The notes below the pieces were generated by a model that saw only the letters and a program-made list of their open reading frames with translations, was not told the origin of the DNA and did no database searches. A stretch of 64,000 bases of DNA, from IMG/VR virus record IMGVR_UViG_3300012930_000012, positions 1-64,000 of that record; one strand, 5' to 3'. The position numbers and the translations under genes were made by a program. Position 1 is the first letter of the stretch. Each line of letters opens with the position of its first letter. The DNA comes from a virus. This document shows, one piece after another, positions 17,805 to 27,183 of this stretch.

Positions 17805-19181
17805 CTACACGCCCTCCGAGTCACCCAATGCTATGGCAATGCCGTAGCAATAACAGTCCAGCAAGTCATCCGCGCGCCGGGCCGCGTCCTTATCACCCAA
17901 CCTAAAGCCCGTGACCTGGGCAATCAAGTGATTGCGCGTGGCGCCCTTGTAGGTTGAGACCTTGTCATAGGCTTGCCGGGTTAGGCCCACCTCACCGCGG
18001 TAATGGGCACCAGAGGCGTTGAGCCCCCGCTCATCCTTGCCCATGGCGGTGAGCTTTGAGTCTATGGCTTGCGCCGGCCAGCCCTTGTTGTAAGCCTGTT
18101 GAATGAGCACCGAGCCGCTGGATTTGTCTTCAATGAACGCACCCAGGCTCCCCATGCGCGCCCGGTATTGCCTGGCAAATCCCTCAAGGTTCTGAAATAC
18201 CGTAGGGAGCCAAAGCTCGAGCGAAGCGCCCTCAAGCTGGAACAGCTCGTAGTCCAGTATGTGCAACTTACGAGCTGATTGCTTGTTGTAGCCAAAGTAG
18301 ATGCAGCCCGTGCCATCATTTTCAGTCTTGGCCTTAACGGCCGTGTCAATGATGGCAAACACACTGTCAATGGGTAAAGGCGGCACACAAGGCTGGCCAT
18401 TGTCCAACAACTTGGGCAAGTCAAAGAACGCCACCCCGGTCCAGTCCACGAACTCAGCCAGGTACTCCTGGCGGTAGACCAATGGATGATTGTCGGCCTT
18501 AAGCTGATCAAACACCGCGATCCGGCGCAATGCGTATGTTATATCATCCTCGCCCGGCAACCTGGCCGGGATGTAAGGATTGTTCATCGTGGGGGCGTGA
18601 AATTCTTTAAACCCAAGCTCCGGCTGATTGCAGATCTTCCAGAAGAAATTTTCCGGGTCCACACCCTTGGGGTTGCTGGGCACCAGCGCCTCGCCCCCAT
18701 AATCCAGCAACGTGGGGAGTATGCTCTGCTCCCAGATGTTAATCATGTTGGGCTTGGTGAACGCCCCTTCATCAATGACCACCAGGTGGTACTTGCGCGA
18801 ACGGCCCGCGCGCTCGTTGTCCAGCGTCCAGAAGTCCATGCGCCCACCCGTGGTGGTGCGTATAAGCCCCTCAATCTTGGATGAGGTCTTCTTAACCGGG
18901 TCCAAGATGTCAACGATGTCGTTGTACGCTTCGCTGGATATCTTGTAGTCAGGCGCAAACCAGCCAACGCTCTTGGCCTTGATAATGGCGTCGCACGAAA
19001 TAACCTTGGCCAAGTCCGTCTTGCCCCAGCGCCGGCCACACCGGATAGCCTTAAAGCGCCCAGGCATTTCGTAGGCCCGCACCTGGTCCGGATGCAGCAC
19101 AGGCATCTTGACAACAATTTCGTCATCGGTGCCCGGTATTGAAGCCTCACCCACGTCCAGCTCGAGGAAATCCTCATCCAT
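17805..19181 (-). CDS. terL: Terminase large subunit
   Basis: Walker A CGRRWGKT, Walker B VVIDE, nuclease IDTA and DDLLD. Confidence 0.95.
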   Translation of the reverse strand: MDEDFLELDVGEASIPGTDDEIVVKMPVLHPDQVRAYEMPGRFKAIRCGRRWGKTDLAKVISCDAIIKAKSVGWFAPDYKISSEAYNDIVDILDPVKKTSSKIEGLIRTTTGGRMDFWTLDNERAGRSRKYHLVVIDEGAFTKPNMINIWEQSILPTLLDYGGEALVPSNPKGVDPENFFWKICNQPELGFKEFHAPTMNNPYIPARLPGEDDITYALRRIAVFDQLKADNHPLVYRQEYLAEFVDWTGVAFFDLPKLLDNGQPCVPPLPIDSVFAIIDTAVKAKTENDGTGCIYFGYNKQSARKLHILDYELFQLEGASLELWLPTVFQNLEGFARQYRARMGSLGAFIEDKSSGSVLIQQAYNKGWPAQAIDSKLTAMGKDERGLNASGAHYRGEVGLTRQAYDKVSTYKGATRNHLIAQVTGFRLGDKDAARRADDLLDCYCYGIAIALGDSEGV

Positions 19182-19632
19182 CTGTGGTGGCCGGTGGGGC
19201 AGGGGGTGGGTCGGGTGCCGGCAACGGCTTGGGTGGTAGCCCGCCTATGATGCGGATGCGGCGCTGAACGTCTTTTTCCACTGTGATGGCCGCCAGCTTG
19301 GGGTGGATGTATGGGGCGGCGTCGGTGGCACACTTTTCACTCATGTCGCGTGCGCGAAGGAAATGCCCAAGCATCTCGCGTATTCGTTGTAAACCATCAA
19401 CGTCTAATAGCTGGGCGCCACCGCCGGCTAGACTTCGTTCGTAGTCTGTGACAAACTCATTAAGGCGCGTACCCAGCCGCACGGCTTCTTGATGCCAGAA
19501 GAGCATGTTCTCGTACATGACCTGGAGCGGCGTTAGCCCTTGCTCCTGGTAACGTCTAACTTCTTCAATTCTGGCCAGGGTCCGCTTGTTGAGCTGGCCC
19601 TTTTTGCGTCCGGCTCCTTCTGGCCGGGGCAC
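19174..19632 (-). CDS. terS: Terminase small subunit
   Basis: GAGRKKG..NK, TPL.VM, AAPYIHPKL; directly upstream of terL. Confidence 0.75.
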   Translation of the reverse strand: MPRPEGAGRKKGQLNKRTLARIEEVRRYQEQGLTPLQVMYENMLFWHQEAVRLGTRLNEFVTDYERSLAGGGAQLLDVDGLQRIREMLGHFLRARDMSEKCATDAAPYIHPKLAAITVEKDVQRRIRIIGGLPPKPLPAPDPPPAPPATTDG

Positions 19633-19636
19633 CGGA

Positions 19637-20233
19637 TTAACCTTCCCTTATTCTTTTGGAGTGCATTGCTGGCCCTGGCGTGGCTACCGCACGGCGGCCC
19701 TCGCGGAGCACCTCACCGGCAACTTCAACGCAATCTCTTGGAAGCCGGGTCCTACGCTGAGCGCCGGCAAACCAAAGAAGAACGTCGATACGCGCGCCAC
19801 GGTCCGCTTCTGCTATCGCATTCCGGTCGCGGTAGGGGCCAAGTAAGACCCGGAGCAAGGTGCCCGGTTCGATGTACTTTGGCCGACTTGCGGTAAGGGT
19901 GACCACCCCGCCGTGCTCCGCCAGGCGCGCGAACAGCGCGTCCATCTCGATTAGCGGCACGGGCGTAGGGAGGTCCCTCTCTGTCTGATAACCCAACAAT
20001 CCCCTGATTCCGTAGGTGTAGCAAACCTGCTTCCAGGGATCGGTCTGGGGGTCGAACTGCACAAACACGTAGCCGGTGAACAACGGGCGCACCACCTCCA
20101 CAAGGAGGCCGTCGGCACGCCGTACTTCCATACGGGCCAGGGGGAGCGATGTTGTCCAGCTTTTTGATAGCTCGCGGGCCGCGCGCTGTTCTTGTGAGTG
20201 ATGCGCCGTTGCGACGTACCAGTTGCAAGTCAC
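19637..20233 (-). CDS. nusG: NusG/RfaH-family transcription antiterminator
   Basis: WYV...PLFTGYVFV NGN domain and KOW-like G..V.V..GPY; GTG start with GAGAGG RBS. Confidence 0.85.
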   Translation of the reverse strand: MTCNWYVATAHHSQEQRAARELSKSWTTSLPLARMEVRRADGLLVEVVRPLFTGYVFVQFDPQTDPWKQVCYTYGIRGLLGYQTERDLPTPVPLIEMDALFARLAEHGGVVTLTASRPKYIEPGTLLRVLLGPYRDRNAIAEADRGARIDVLLWFAGAQRRTRLPRDCVEVAGEVLREGRRAVATPGPAMHSKRIREG

Positions 20234-20367
20234 GAGCCCCTCTCTCGAATAAGCCTGGCTGCCTAGAGCTTGCCGGCGCTGGTGTAAAGGCCCCAGCCGC
20301 GGCCGGCGGCATGGAAATGGCGGCCCCTCTCGGCTGGCCCTCCGCCACCCCACTCCTTTAGAACAGC

Positions 20368-20716
20368 TATTGGCTTTATTACCTATATTGTGTTGGGGGA
20401 GAAATTCGTGTTTTTATTTTTAATTTTTCGCAAAATTATTGGCAACTGCAGCTACATCCTTGAATATACATAACAAAATACAAAAGTTCGAGCTAATAAG
20501 AGAAAATAATCATATAGCTGTGCTAATTTTCTCCTACCTATTCCACAGAAATAAAAACGTACAAGGGTGGACGGACGATTAACTTCACGTAATCTACACA
20601 AGGTATAGGGGGTACATCTTAATGTACACTGCTATCCGCCCCGCGACCTTCAAAACACGGTTTTAAAATAATTTTTGGAATTTCGTCCCCAACGCAATAT
20701 AGGCAATAAGCCAATA
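20368..20716. repeat. ~40-bp imperfect inverted repeats flanking an AT-rich core (divergent control region/possible origin)
   Basis: 20368-20407 versus reverse complement of 20678-20716: 35 of 40 aligned positions identical by manual alignment. Confidence 0.8.
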
Positions 20717-20849
20717 CCCTCCCGGTCACCGCCGGCACCCACCACATTTACCCCCTGTCTCTCCCACCAAGCCGCTTGCGCCCACCCCGGGTGCCGTGCA
20801 AGCCTGTCCGTGTTGGGTCGCACCCCAGCAGTAGAGCTAAGAGAACCCA

Positions 20850-22463
20850 ATGCAACCATCGGACTACCTGCCCAAACGGAATCCGCGCGCCAAGCAACTC
20901 GAGGCCTTTACCAAGTCCGCGGAGGTGGTGAACTACGCACTGTTGATGGAACAACGCACGGGCAAGACCAAGGTCATCCTTGATACGGTCGCCTACCAAT
21001 ACGAGCGCAACCTTGCCAACAGCCAGGAGGGCATCACTGCTCTCCTGGTCGTTGCCAACCCCGGCCGCGTGCACCGCAACTGGGTGGTCAAGGAAATACC
21101 CCAGGACTTACCCGACCGCATCCCGCGCATGTGCTTGGTGTGGGACGCCGGCCGCATAGCCTATGACAAAAAGAAACGCCGGTTCGTGGGGCCACTAGCC
21201 ACAGAGCTTGAAGCTTTGCTTCAATTCCGTGGCTTGGCTGTGCTGGCTGTAAACGGCGGCGCTGTAATAACGGAATCATTCCGCCGCTACGCGCTCAAGT
21301 TCTTGCTGGCACGTAAGCGGGTACTTGCCGCGGCGGATGAGTTCACCCTTTTGCTTAAAACACCCAACGCCAAGACCACCAAGGTGCTCTGGCATATGGG
21401 CGAGCACAAGGCTGTGGTAATGAGGAGAATACTCGATGGAACCCCCGTTGGAAACGGGGGTCCCCTCGACCTTTACGGACCCTTCCGCTTTCTTGACTGG
21501 CGTATCTTAGGGCACCAAACCAATGCCAGTTACAAGGCCCACTTCGCCAAGTGGGAAACAGCGGTGGTGCACCGCGCCGGCAAAGAAGAAACTTATCCGG
21601 CTCTCATGAGAGAGCCGGACGGCACGCCCATGTACCAAAACCTGGATGACCTAGCCACCCGCATGGCGCCGGTATCGTTTAGGGTCCTTCGTTCAGAATG
21701 CTGGGACGCGCCGGCTAAGGTGTACCAGGTGTACCCATTCCAGCTATCGCCAGAGCAACGCAAAGTTTACGATAGCCTCCGCGACGAATACGAAGCCGAG
21801 CTTCATGATGGTTACCATGCCTCGGCCACCCATGCGTTGACACGCATGATGCGCTTGCAACAGGTGGCAAGTAATTACTGGCCGCCGGAAAAGATTGGCT
21901 TAGTCCACGTGGCTTGCAAAGGAGAGGGATGTCTTGAATGCGATGACTTAGGTGTCATCCCATCCAAGACGCCCCTCCGCCGCATCGATCCCAAACGCAA
22001 TCCCCGCGTGGATGCAGCGCGAGAGATTTTCGCGCTGAATCCTGGGCCTGGTATTGTGTGGTGCCGCTTCCACGAGGATGTGGACAATGTGCTCCAACTG
22101 GCCAGTCAAATGGATCGCCTGGCCTACAGGTATGATGGACGATCCACGGACCAGGAAAAGGATCTAGCTGAGGACTCCTTTCAGACAACGGTCGCCGGCT
22201 TGCTGGTGGGTAATCCGGCATCCGGCGGTCGCGGCCTACGCCTCGATAACGCCGGCTGGATATTAAACTACTCAAATCAGTTCAGTTTGCTCACCCGCCT
22301 ACAGGGCGAGGACCGCGCGGAAGCCGAGGGCAAGCTCGCCGGCACCGGCATAATTGACTTGGTAGCCGAGGACACTGTCGACGAAACCATCGTTGATTCT
22401 TTGCGTGCCAACAAAAGCATCGCCGACTTCGTCTTGCGGGAACGGGGCGGCAAATGGTTGTGA
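20850..22463 (+). CDS. SNF2-family helicase
   Basis: MEQRTGKT, ADE, GTP, LQQVAS, GGRGLRL, QGEDRA motifs. Confidence 0.9.
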   Translation: MQPSDYLPKRNPRAKQLEAFTKSAEVVNYALLMEQRTGKTKVILDTVAYQYERNLANSQEGITALLVVANPGRVHRNWVVKEIPQDLPDRIPRMCLVWDAGRIAYDKKKRRFVGPLATELEALLQFRGLAVLAVNGGAVITESFRRYALKFLLARKRVLAAADEFTLLLKTPNAKTTKVLWHMGEHKAVVMRRILDGTPVGNGGPLDLYGPFRFLDWRILGHQTNASYKAHFAKWETAVVHRAGKEETYPALMREPDGTPMYQNLDDLATRMAPVSFRVLRSECWDAPAKVYQVYPFQLSPEQRKVYDSLRDEYEAELHDGYHASATHALTRMMRLQQVASNYWPPEKIGLVHVACKGEGCLECDDLGVIPSKTPLRRIDPKRNPRVDAAREIFALNPGPGIVWCRFHEDVDNVLQLASQMDRLAYRYDGRSTDQEKDLAEDSFQTTVAGLLVGNPASGGRGLRLDNAGWILNYSNQFSLLTRLQGEDRAEAEGKLAGTGIIDLVAEDTVDETIVDSLRANKSIADFVLRERGGKWL

Positions 22464-22587
22464 CCGCGGCCAGGCGGGGGTACGCCCCCGGGCATCGATC
22501 CGAAGAGCCGGTGGTTAATGAGCCGGCCTTTGAAACCTTTCGGGGAGCCTGGGTGACACGGCCCCCGCTTGCGGGGCGTGAGCGGCT
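22464..22587 (+). ncRNA. Candidate structured intergenic RNA
   Basis: Stems closed by UACG, UUCG and CUUG tetraloops; CCAGGC/GCCTGG long-range pair. Confidence 0.45.
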
Positions 22588-22803
22588 ATGAACTGGGCGC
22601 CCATCTATTGCTTGCTGTGCCGCAAGGAAATAACATCCCTTAATCCAGGGCTTGTGCTGGCAGGAAACTTTTTTCATTCATCGTGCATCCCTGAACCCAA
22701 GTTCACCGTGGATGACGTCGACCTAATGGCTGACACCCGGGCACGCCCCGCTATGAGCGACATCGAGTGGCGTCGTATGTACCTAAATGAGTATAAACCA
22801 TGA
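22588..22803 (+). CDS. Small zinc-finger-like protein
   Basis: CxxC...HxxC; coupled to next ORF. Confidence 0.5.
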   Translation: MNWAPIYCLLCRKEITSLNPGLVLAGNFFHSSCIPEPKFTVDDVDLMADTRARPAMSDIEWRRMYLNEYKP

Positions 22804-23003
22804 AAGACACTGAGATTCGCGTCTTTGATGGTGGCACGCCCGTGTGCACGTGCACCGTATCTGAACTCCCTTCACCATTGCTTTTGCGCATCCTGGGCAA
22901 CTTGAAGGGGATACGGGTGCTGAGCGGAGACGGCACATTGGAGGAAGGGCTCGAGCGCCTTCGCATTGAAGTTGTGGCCCGGCAACTGGAGGGGCGGCTA
23001 TGA
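22800..23003 (+). CDS. Hypothetical protein
   Basis: ATGA overlaps both ends. Confidence 0.55.
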   Translation: MKDTEIRVFDGGTPVCTCTVSELPSPLLLRILGNLKGIRVLSGDGTLEEGLERLRIEVVARQLEGRL

Positions 23004-23191
23004 TAGAGATAATCATTATCAGCGACCCCGGGATCGTGGCCGGCGACTACATAACCGTGGGCAACACACACCTCCGCGTTATATCGCGGGACGGCTGCGC
23101 CCTTCGTGTGGAGCGCACGTGGCGCTGCGTATGGTTTGATTTTTGCGCACGGGTGCTTGACGCCTGGTCGCGCATTGGAGGCTTACTTTGA
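23000..23191 (+). CDS. Hypothetical protein
   Basis: GGAGG RBS, overlapping chain. Confidence 0.5.
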   Translation: MIEIIIISDPGIVAGDYITVGNTHLRVISRDGCALRVERTWRCVWFDFCARVLDAWSRIGGLL

Positions 23192-23574
23192 GCAACATGC
23201 CCCGCGTGTTTGTAGTCAACGAGCCACTAAAACTCGATGAAGCCACCGGAAACTGGGTTCGCTATCTAAACCTCCGTCGTGCCACGGATCACGGCGAACT
23301 AGTCTATTTGCTGCCCGGCGGCCCGCTGGCCGACGACCCCCGTCCCTCCATTGCGGCGCTCACCGCCGGCTTAGCCGACTTCACATCAGAGGATTTCTTG
23401 CTGCTGGTGGGTGACCCCCGTGCCATAGCCTGGGCCGCAGCCATTGCGGCTGACCGCACGGGCGGCCCGTTGCGCTTGCTCCAGTGGAAGCGCGAGCAAA
23501 AACGCTACGACCCGGTGGTTGTTGACGTATTCCCTGAATCCTACGAGGCCCTAGCCCCGGTGGAGGATGTATGA
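23188..23574 (+). CDS. Conserved phage replication-region protein
   Basis: RVFVVNE...GEL...DFLLLVGDP...LLQW motif. Confidence 0.65.
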   Translation: MSNMPRVFVVNEPLKLDEATGNWVRYLNLRRATDHGELVYLLPGGPLADDPRPSIAALTAGLADFTSEDFLLLVGDPRAIAWAAAIAADRTGGPLRLLQWKREQKRYDPVVVDVFPESYEALAPVEDV

Positions 23575-23906
23575 AGAAACTAATGCCCATACTAGAACGC
23601 AGCGCGATAGTGGCCTATGTACCGTGGTCTCTGTTCGCACCTAATGACGAAGTATGGGCACAGCAAAATCACCAACAATCCCTTGCCCGACTCCGGGAAC
23701 GAAGTGGCTTAGGGATTTGTGAACTTGTTGCCATTCTGGATGGACGCCCTTGGCGCCACATGCCCTTATCAGACGTGGACCAGGGGGAGTTCGCCACCAG
23801 GCCCCATCGGGATCACGCTTGCCAGGCGTGTGGCTTTGTCTGGCGCCCTGCGCTGGTGAATACGGTGGGTGTGCAGTTTTTGCCTGGTTACAAGGACGCG
23901 CCCTGA
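23571..23906 (+). CDS. Hypothetical two-module protein
   Basis: NHQQSLARL.ER.GL module joined to H..HACQ.CG.VW module. Confidence 0.55.
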   Translation: MKKLMPILERSAIVAYVPWSLFAPNDEVWAQQNHQQSLARLRERSGLGICELVAILDGRPWRHMPLSDVDQGEFATRPHRDHACQACGFVWRPALVNTVGVQFLPGYKDAP

Positions 23907-24247
23907 TGCCACTCACATTTGACCGCAGCATAGATGATTTGCGTGACTACATCCGTAGCATGCCAAAGCCAACGGATGATATGGTGCGCATTGGCGAGGC
24001 CGCCTTGGATGACTACTACGCCGGCACCAAGGATGCACCCATCGAAGGTTCCTTTGTGCACGTATACCAGGCCATGGCGGCCTTGGCGCCTAACCGCGAG
24101 GAGGATGCGCACAACGTGGCATTGGCCGCGGCTTTGTTACGCTCCAAGGACTATGAAGTAATGGCCAAGCGATTAGATGTTGTGGCGGAGCGTTTGTGGC
24201 CAAAGCTGTTGGAAGATCTAGCCCAATCGCAGAGAGAAAACCAATGA
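23906..24247 (+). CDS. Hypothetical protein
   Basis: TGATG overlap start MPLTFD. Confidence 0.5.
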   Translation: MPLTFDRSIDDLRDYIRSMPKPTDDMVRIGEAALDDYYAGTKDAPIEGSFVHVYQAMAALAPNREEDAHNVALAAALLRSKDYEVMAKRLDVVAERLWPKLLEDLAQSQRENQ

Positions 24248-24453
24248 CCTCTGATTGGCAACCAGCGGCGACCGCACCCGTGGGCGTTTGGTTGCGGACC
24301 AAACGCGAAGGCGAAGACGGGGAAAATGTAAGCGCTCGAGCGCCCAGCCAACCCGGAGAAAATGACGCCGTAGAATGGATTGAACGAGACGGCGGACACA
24401 CAACCATAACGCATTCTACGTTTCTGCCGCCAACCCATTGGAGGTATCTGTGA
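24244..24453 (+). CDS. DUF551-like protein
   Basis: WQP..TAP ... PTHW motif. Confidence 0.6.
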   Translation: MTSDWQPAATAPVGVWLRTKREGEDGENVSARAPSQPGENDAVEWIERDGGHTTITHSTFLPPTHWRYL

Positions 24454-24818
24454 CCCCCGACCAGCGCCGCCAGTTTGCAGCCAATGCCAGCACGGGTGCT
24501 GACCTATCCCCCGGTGACCCGGTGGACGCCGCGGCGTTGGACCACATCTTCTTACTTGAGCGTGCCCGGGACACGTTGTTTGACGCTATTGTTCACGGTG
24601 ACGCGGAGCATAAAGCATGGCTTAAGACCGCTATTGATGCACATTTCGCCGGTGAGCCTGTGCCCCCGGTGGCTGGTGCCGGCAACAAAGAAGCACGTAT
24701 AGCCACGCTTGAAGACGCCTTGCGCCGTGTACGGGTGGAGGCGGAGCGGTCCAGCCGGCAATTCGTGTGCATGAGCGAGACGCTGATTAAGAAGATTATT
24801 AAGGAGGTGCTGCCATGA
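24450..24818 (+). CDS. Hypothetical protein
   Basis: GGAGG RBS plus GTG; LFDAI.HGD.EH.AWL motif. Confidence 0.55.
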   Translation: MTPDQRRQFAANASTGADLSPGDPVDAAALDHIFLLERARDTLFDAIVHGDAEHKAWLKTAIDAHFAGEPVPPVAGAGNKEARIATLEDALRRVRVEAERSSRQFVCMSETLIKKIIKEVLP

Positions 24819-25000
24819 GCCTTGCCACGCTTGAAAATGCAATCGTCGAGGAAGCCTCCAGCATTAAAAAGCGTAAGCTCAAGAAGAAAGACCTCATGGA
24901 ATGGTCAACAACACCTATTGAAGCAAAACCAGGAGAATTCCTTGTGCGTTGCCCTAAGATTGGCGCGTACGCCGCCTTTAAGGAGACTATGAAGAAGTAA
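24815..25000 (+). CDS. Small basic hypothetical protein
   Basis: GGAGG RBS, ATGA overlap. Confidence 0.5.
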   Translation: MSLATLENAIVEEASSIKKRKLKKKDLMEWSTTPIEAKPGEFLVRCPKIGAYAAFKETMKK

Positions 25001-25020
25001 CCCAGAGCCAGGAGAGCCAC

Positions 25021-25659
25021 ATGAACAAGTTACGCAACGCCCAGCACGAAGATGAAATGCTTATGCCCGACCCGGAGGTGGAAGCCGCCCCGGTGCCCGA
25101 TGCCGCGGACCTAAAGCAAGTGGCTGATGTGGCCAAACGCTACGTCGAGCTTGAAACGGACATTGCCACGCTGGAGGAACAGCTTGCCGCAAAGAAGGCC
25201 GCGCTAAAGGCAGTTCGAGAAGCCGAACTGCCTTTAGCGATGACTACCGTGGGGTTGGAATCCTTTCAGCTGGTGGGTGGGGGCAAAATAGAGCTTAAGA
25301 AGCTTACGGCCGCCAGCATTACCGACGCCAATAAGGACGCCGCCCACAAGGCGCTTGAAAAAGCCGGCTACGGCTCCATCATCAAGCACGAGATCAAAAT
25401 ACTATTCGGCCGCGGTGAGGAAGCCTGGGCCGCCAAGTTCTTGCGTGACATGGCCCAGCGTAAAAAGCCGATACCATTCACCCGCAAGGACTTCGTCGAG
25501 TACCAGACGCTGCAAAAGCAAGCGCGTGAGATGGTGGAGCAAGCTCGCGCCCAAGGGCTCGAGCCGTCGGAAGCCATCCCCAATGACCTCCACCGTTTGC
25601 TGGGTATTTACGAGATGCGCTACGCCGACTTAAAGCTCCCCAAGGAGCAAAAGCCATGA
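25021..25659 (+). CDS. Conserved coiled-coil replication-module protein
   Basis: LP.AM...G...GSIIKHEI.I.FGRGE motif; strong RBS. Confidence 0.7.
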   Translation: MNKLRNAQHEDEMLMPDPEVEAAPVPDAADLKQVADVAKRYVELETDIATLEEQLAAKKAALKAVREAELPLAMTTVGLESFQLVGGGKIELKKLTAASITDANKDAAHKALEKAGYGSIIKHEIKILFGRGEEAWAAKFLRDMAQRKKPIPFTRKDFVEYQTLQKQAREMVEQARAQGLEPSEAIPNDLHRLLGIYEMRYADLKLPKEQKP

Positions 25660-25949
25660 AGACGGAAGTGTGCGACCACGATTGCTTTGCTGAGGCGGCC
25701 ACAGAATCACAGGCCATGCCAGGCCGGGTGGGCTGGTTCATCTACGTGGCCAACGATGACGACTCTCACACCCATTTCCGCGGCAACACGGCGTTCGCCG
25801 GCAGGGCGCTGGCGGAGCTAGCCCAGAAGGTTATTGCCGGGCACGAGAACACCGGCTGTGTGCAATGTGACACCACGGCCTTGGCTCTTGCGAATGCTTT
25901 GAAGGTTTACCAGGCCACCATGGCATACGCCCGGGGACCAAAATGCTAA
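25656..25949 (+). CDS. Hypothetical Cys/His protein
   Basis: AAGGAG RBS; overlapping chain. Confidence 0.5.
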   Translation: MKTEVCDHDCFAEAATESQAMPGRVGWFIYVANDDDSHTHFRGNTAFAGRALAELAQKVIAGHENTGCVQCDTTALALANALKVYQATMAYARGPKC

Positions 25950-26833
25950 CCCCCTTGGGCGCCCTTGTGCATTGGGTGAGAGAACGCGAATTGATTCGCG
26001 TTCAGAAAGACCGCGGTGAACCTTTCCCGTGGACCGACGATAAGATCCTTCGCACCTATCGCTTTTGCAACGTGCGCCGCGAGGATGACCGGGTCACCGT
26101 ATGGATCGCGAAGAACATTCGCGAGCCATACGCGGACCACCATCACCTCTGGTTCATGCTGTGCACGGCCAGAATGATAAACTGGCCGCACACGTTGGGC
26201 CTCCTTATAGGAGACCCAACACGCCCCCCAGAAGAGCGCATCTACCCCAACGCCTGGCCGGACTCAGCGTCCTTCTCACCCTCCGCCATGGCCGATGGGC
26301 TCGAGGACGTAGCGTCCATGGGCAAGGCGTTCACGGGCGCCTACATCATCCCATCGCCCGGCAAGGGGGAAAAGAAGCCACGCTGGATGGCCCAATGGGT
26401 GCTGGGTAACCTGTGGAAGGCCCGCGCCAGGTTTGAAACCCACTTTTCCCGCAATCCGTCGCTGCGGAGCACGCACAACCTTTTGACGACATTTGATTGC
26501 TGGGGCAACTTCTTAGCCTACCAGGCCATCATCGACATGCGCCACACGAGCTTGCTCTCAGAGGTCCCTGATCGGAACACCTGGTGCGCGGCCGGGCCAG
26601 GGACGATAAGAGGTCTGAATCGCCTTGCGGGCAGACCTCTTATCGCCCCCCTGACCCAGGAGCGAGCGCTCCTTGAAATTCAGTCACTCCAGCCCGTGGT
26701 GTGTCGGGAAACTGGCATGGACTTTGAACTGTACGAAATAACCGGCATCCTCTGTGAGACCGACAAATACCTCCGGGTAATGAACGGTGAGGGGGAGCCG
26801 CGGGCACGCTACGTGCCGGGGAGGGGGGCGTGA
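25943..26833 (+). CDS. aGPT-Pplase1 / 5-hmdU DNA kinase helical-domain family protein
   Basis: PWTDD.IL..YRFCNVRREDDRVT, FTGAY, FLAYQ..ID, GPG..RGL, LCETDKY motifs. Confidence 0.85.
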   Translation: MLTPLGALVHWVRERELIRVQKDRGEPFPWTDDKILRTYRFCNVRREDDRVTVWIAKNIREPYADHHHLWFMLCTARMINWPHTLGLLIGDPTRPPEERIYPNAWPDSASFSPSAMADGLEDVASMGKAFTGAYIIPSPGKGEKKPRWMAQWVLGNLWKARARFETHFSRNPSLRSTHNLLTTFDCWGNFLAYQAIIDMRHTSLLSEVPDRNTWCAAGPGTIRGLNRLAGRPLIAPLTQERALLEIQSLQPVVCRETGMDFELYEITGILCETDKYLRVMNGEGEPRARYVPGRGA

Positions 26834-27183
26834 CCGAATTCCTTCAGATGAGCGATGTGCCCGGTGTCAAAGGCGGGAGAATTAAGGGTGCTTGGGCCGT
26901 CTCCGTGACGGATTGCATGAATAAACTAAGGCGATACCGTTGCGTCACGAGCGCGGGGACAAATGGTGCCATAAACGTGTGGAGAGCTGATGGAGGAAAA
27001 TATCGCTGTACATTCTGCGTCTACCGTGTGGCCAGAAGTGAGCCCATTTACCGCACCAAAAAAGAAGTGAAAGCGTGGCTAAAAATTTGGTTCCCTAGAC
27101 AATACAGAACCTCGCCTGGGGGCACCGGGCACGCCGTTCGCCGGCAGCGGCTACAAACCGCCGGCAATAGGAGAAGACCATGA
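26830..27183 (+). CDS. Basic hypothetical protein
   Basis: Overlaps with both neighbours. Confidence 0.5.
   Translation: MTEFLQMSDVPGVKGGRIKGAWAVSVTDCMNKLRRYRCVTSAGTNGAINVWRADGGKYRCTFCVYRVARSEPIYRTKKEVKAWLKIWFPRQYRTSPGGTGHAVRRQRLQTAGNRRRP

Noticed and set aside
22500-22550. Hammerhead ribozyme (CCGAAGAG...GAAAC)
   Set aside because: U4 is C, four extra nucleotides precede GAAA, and the NUH cleavage triplet and stem I are missing
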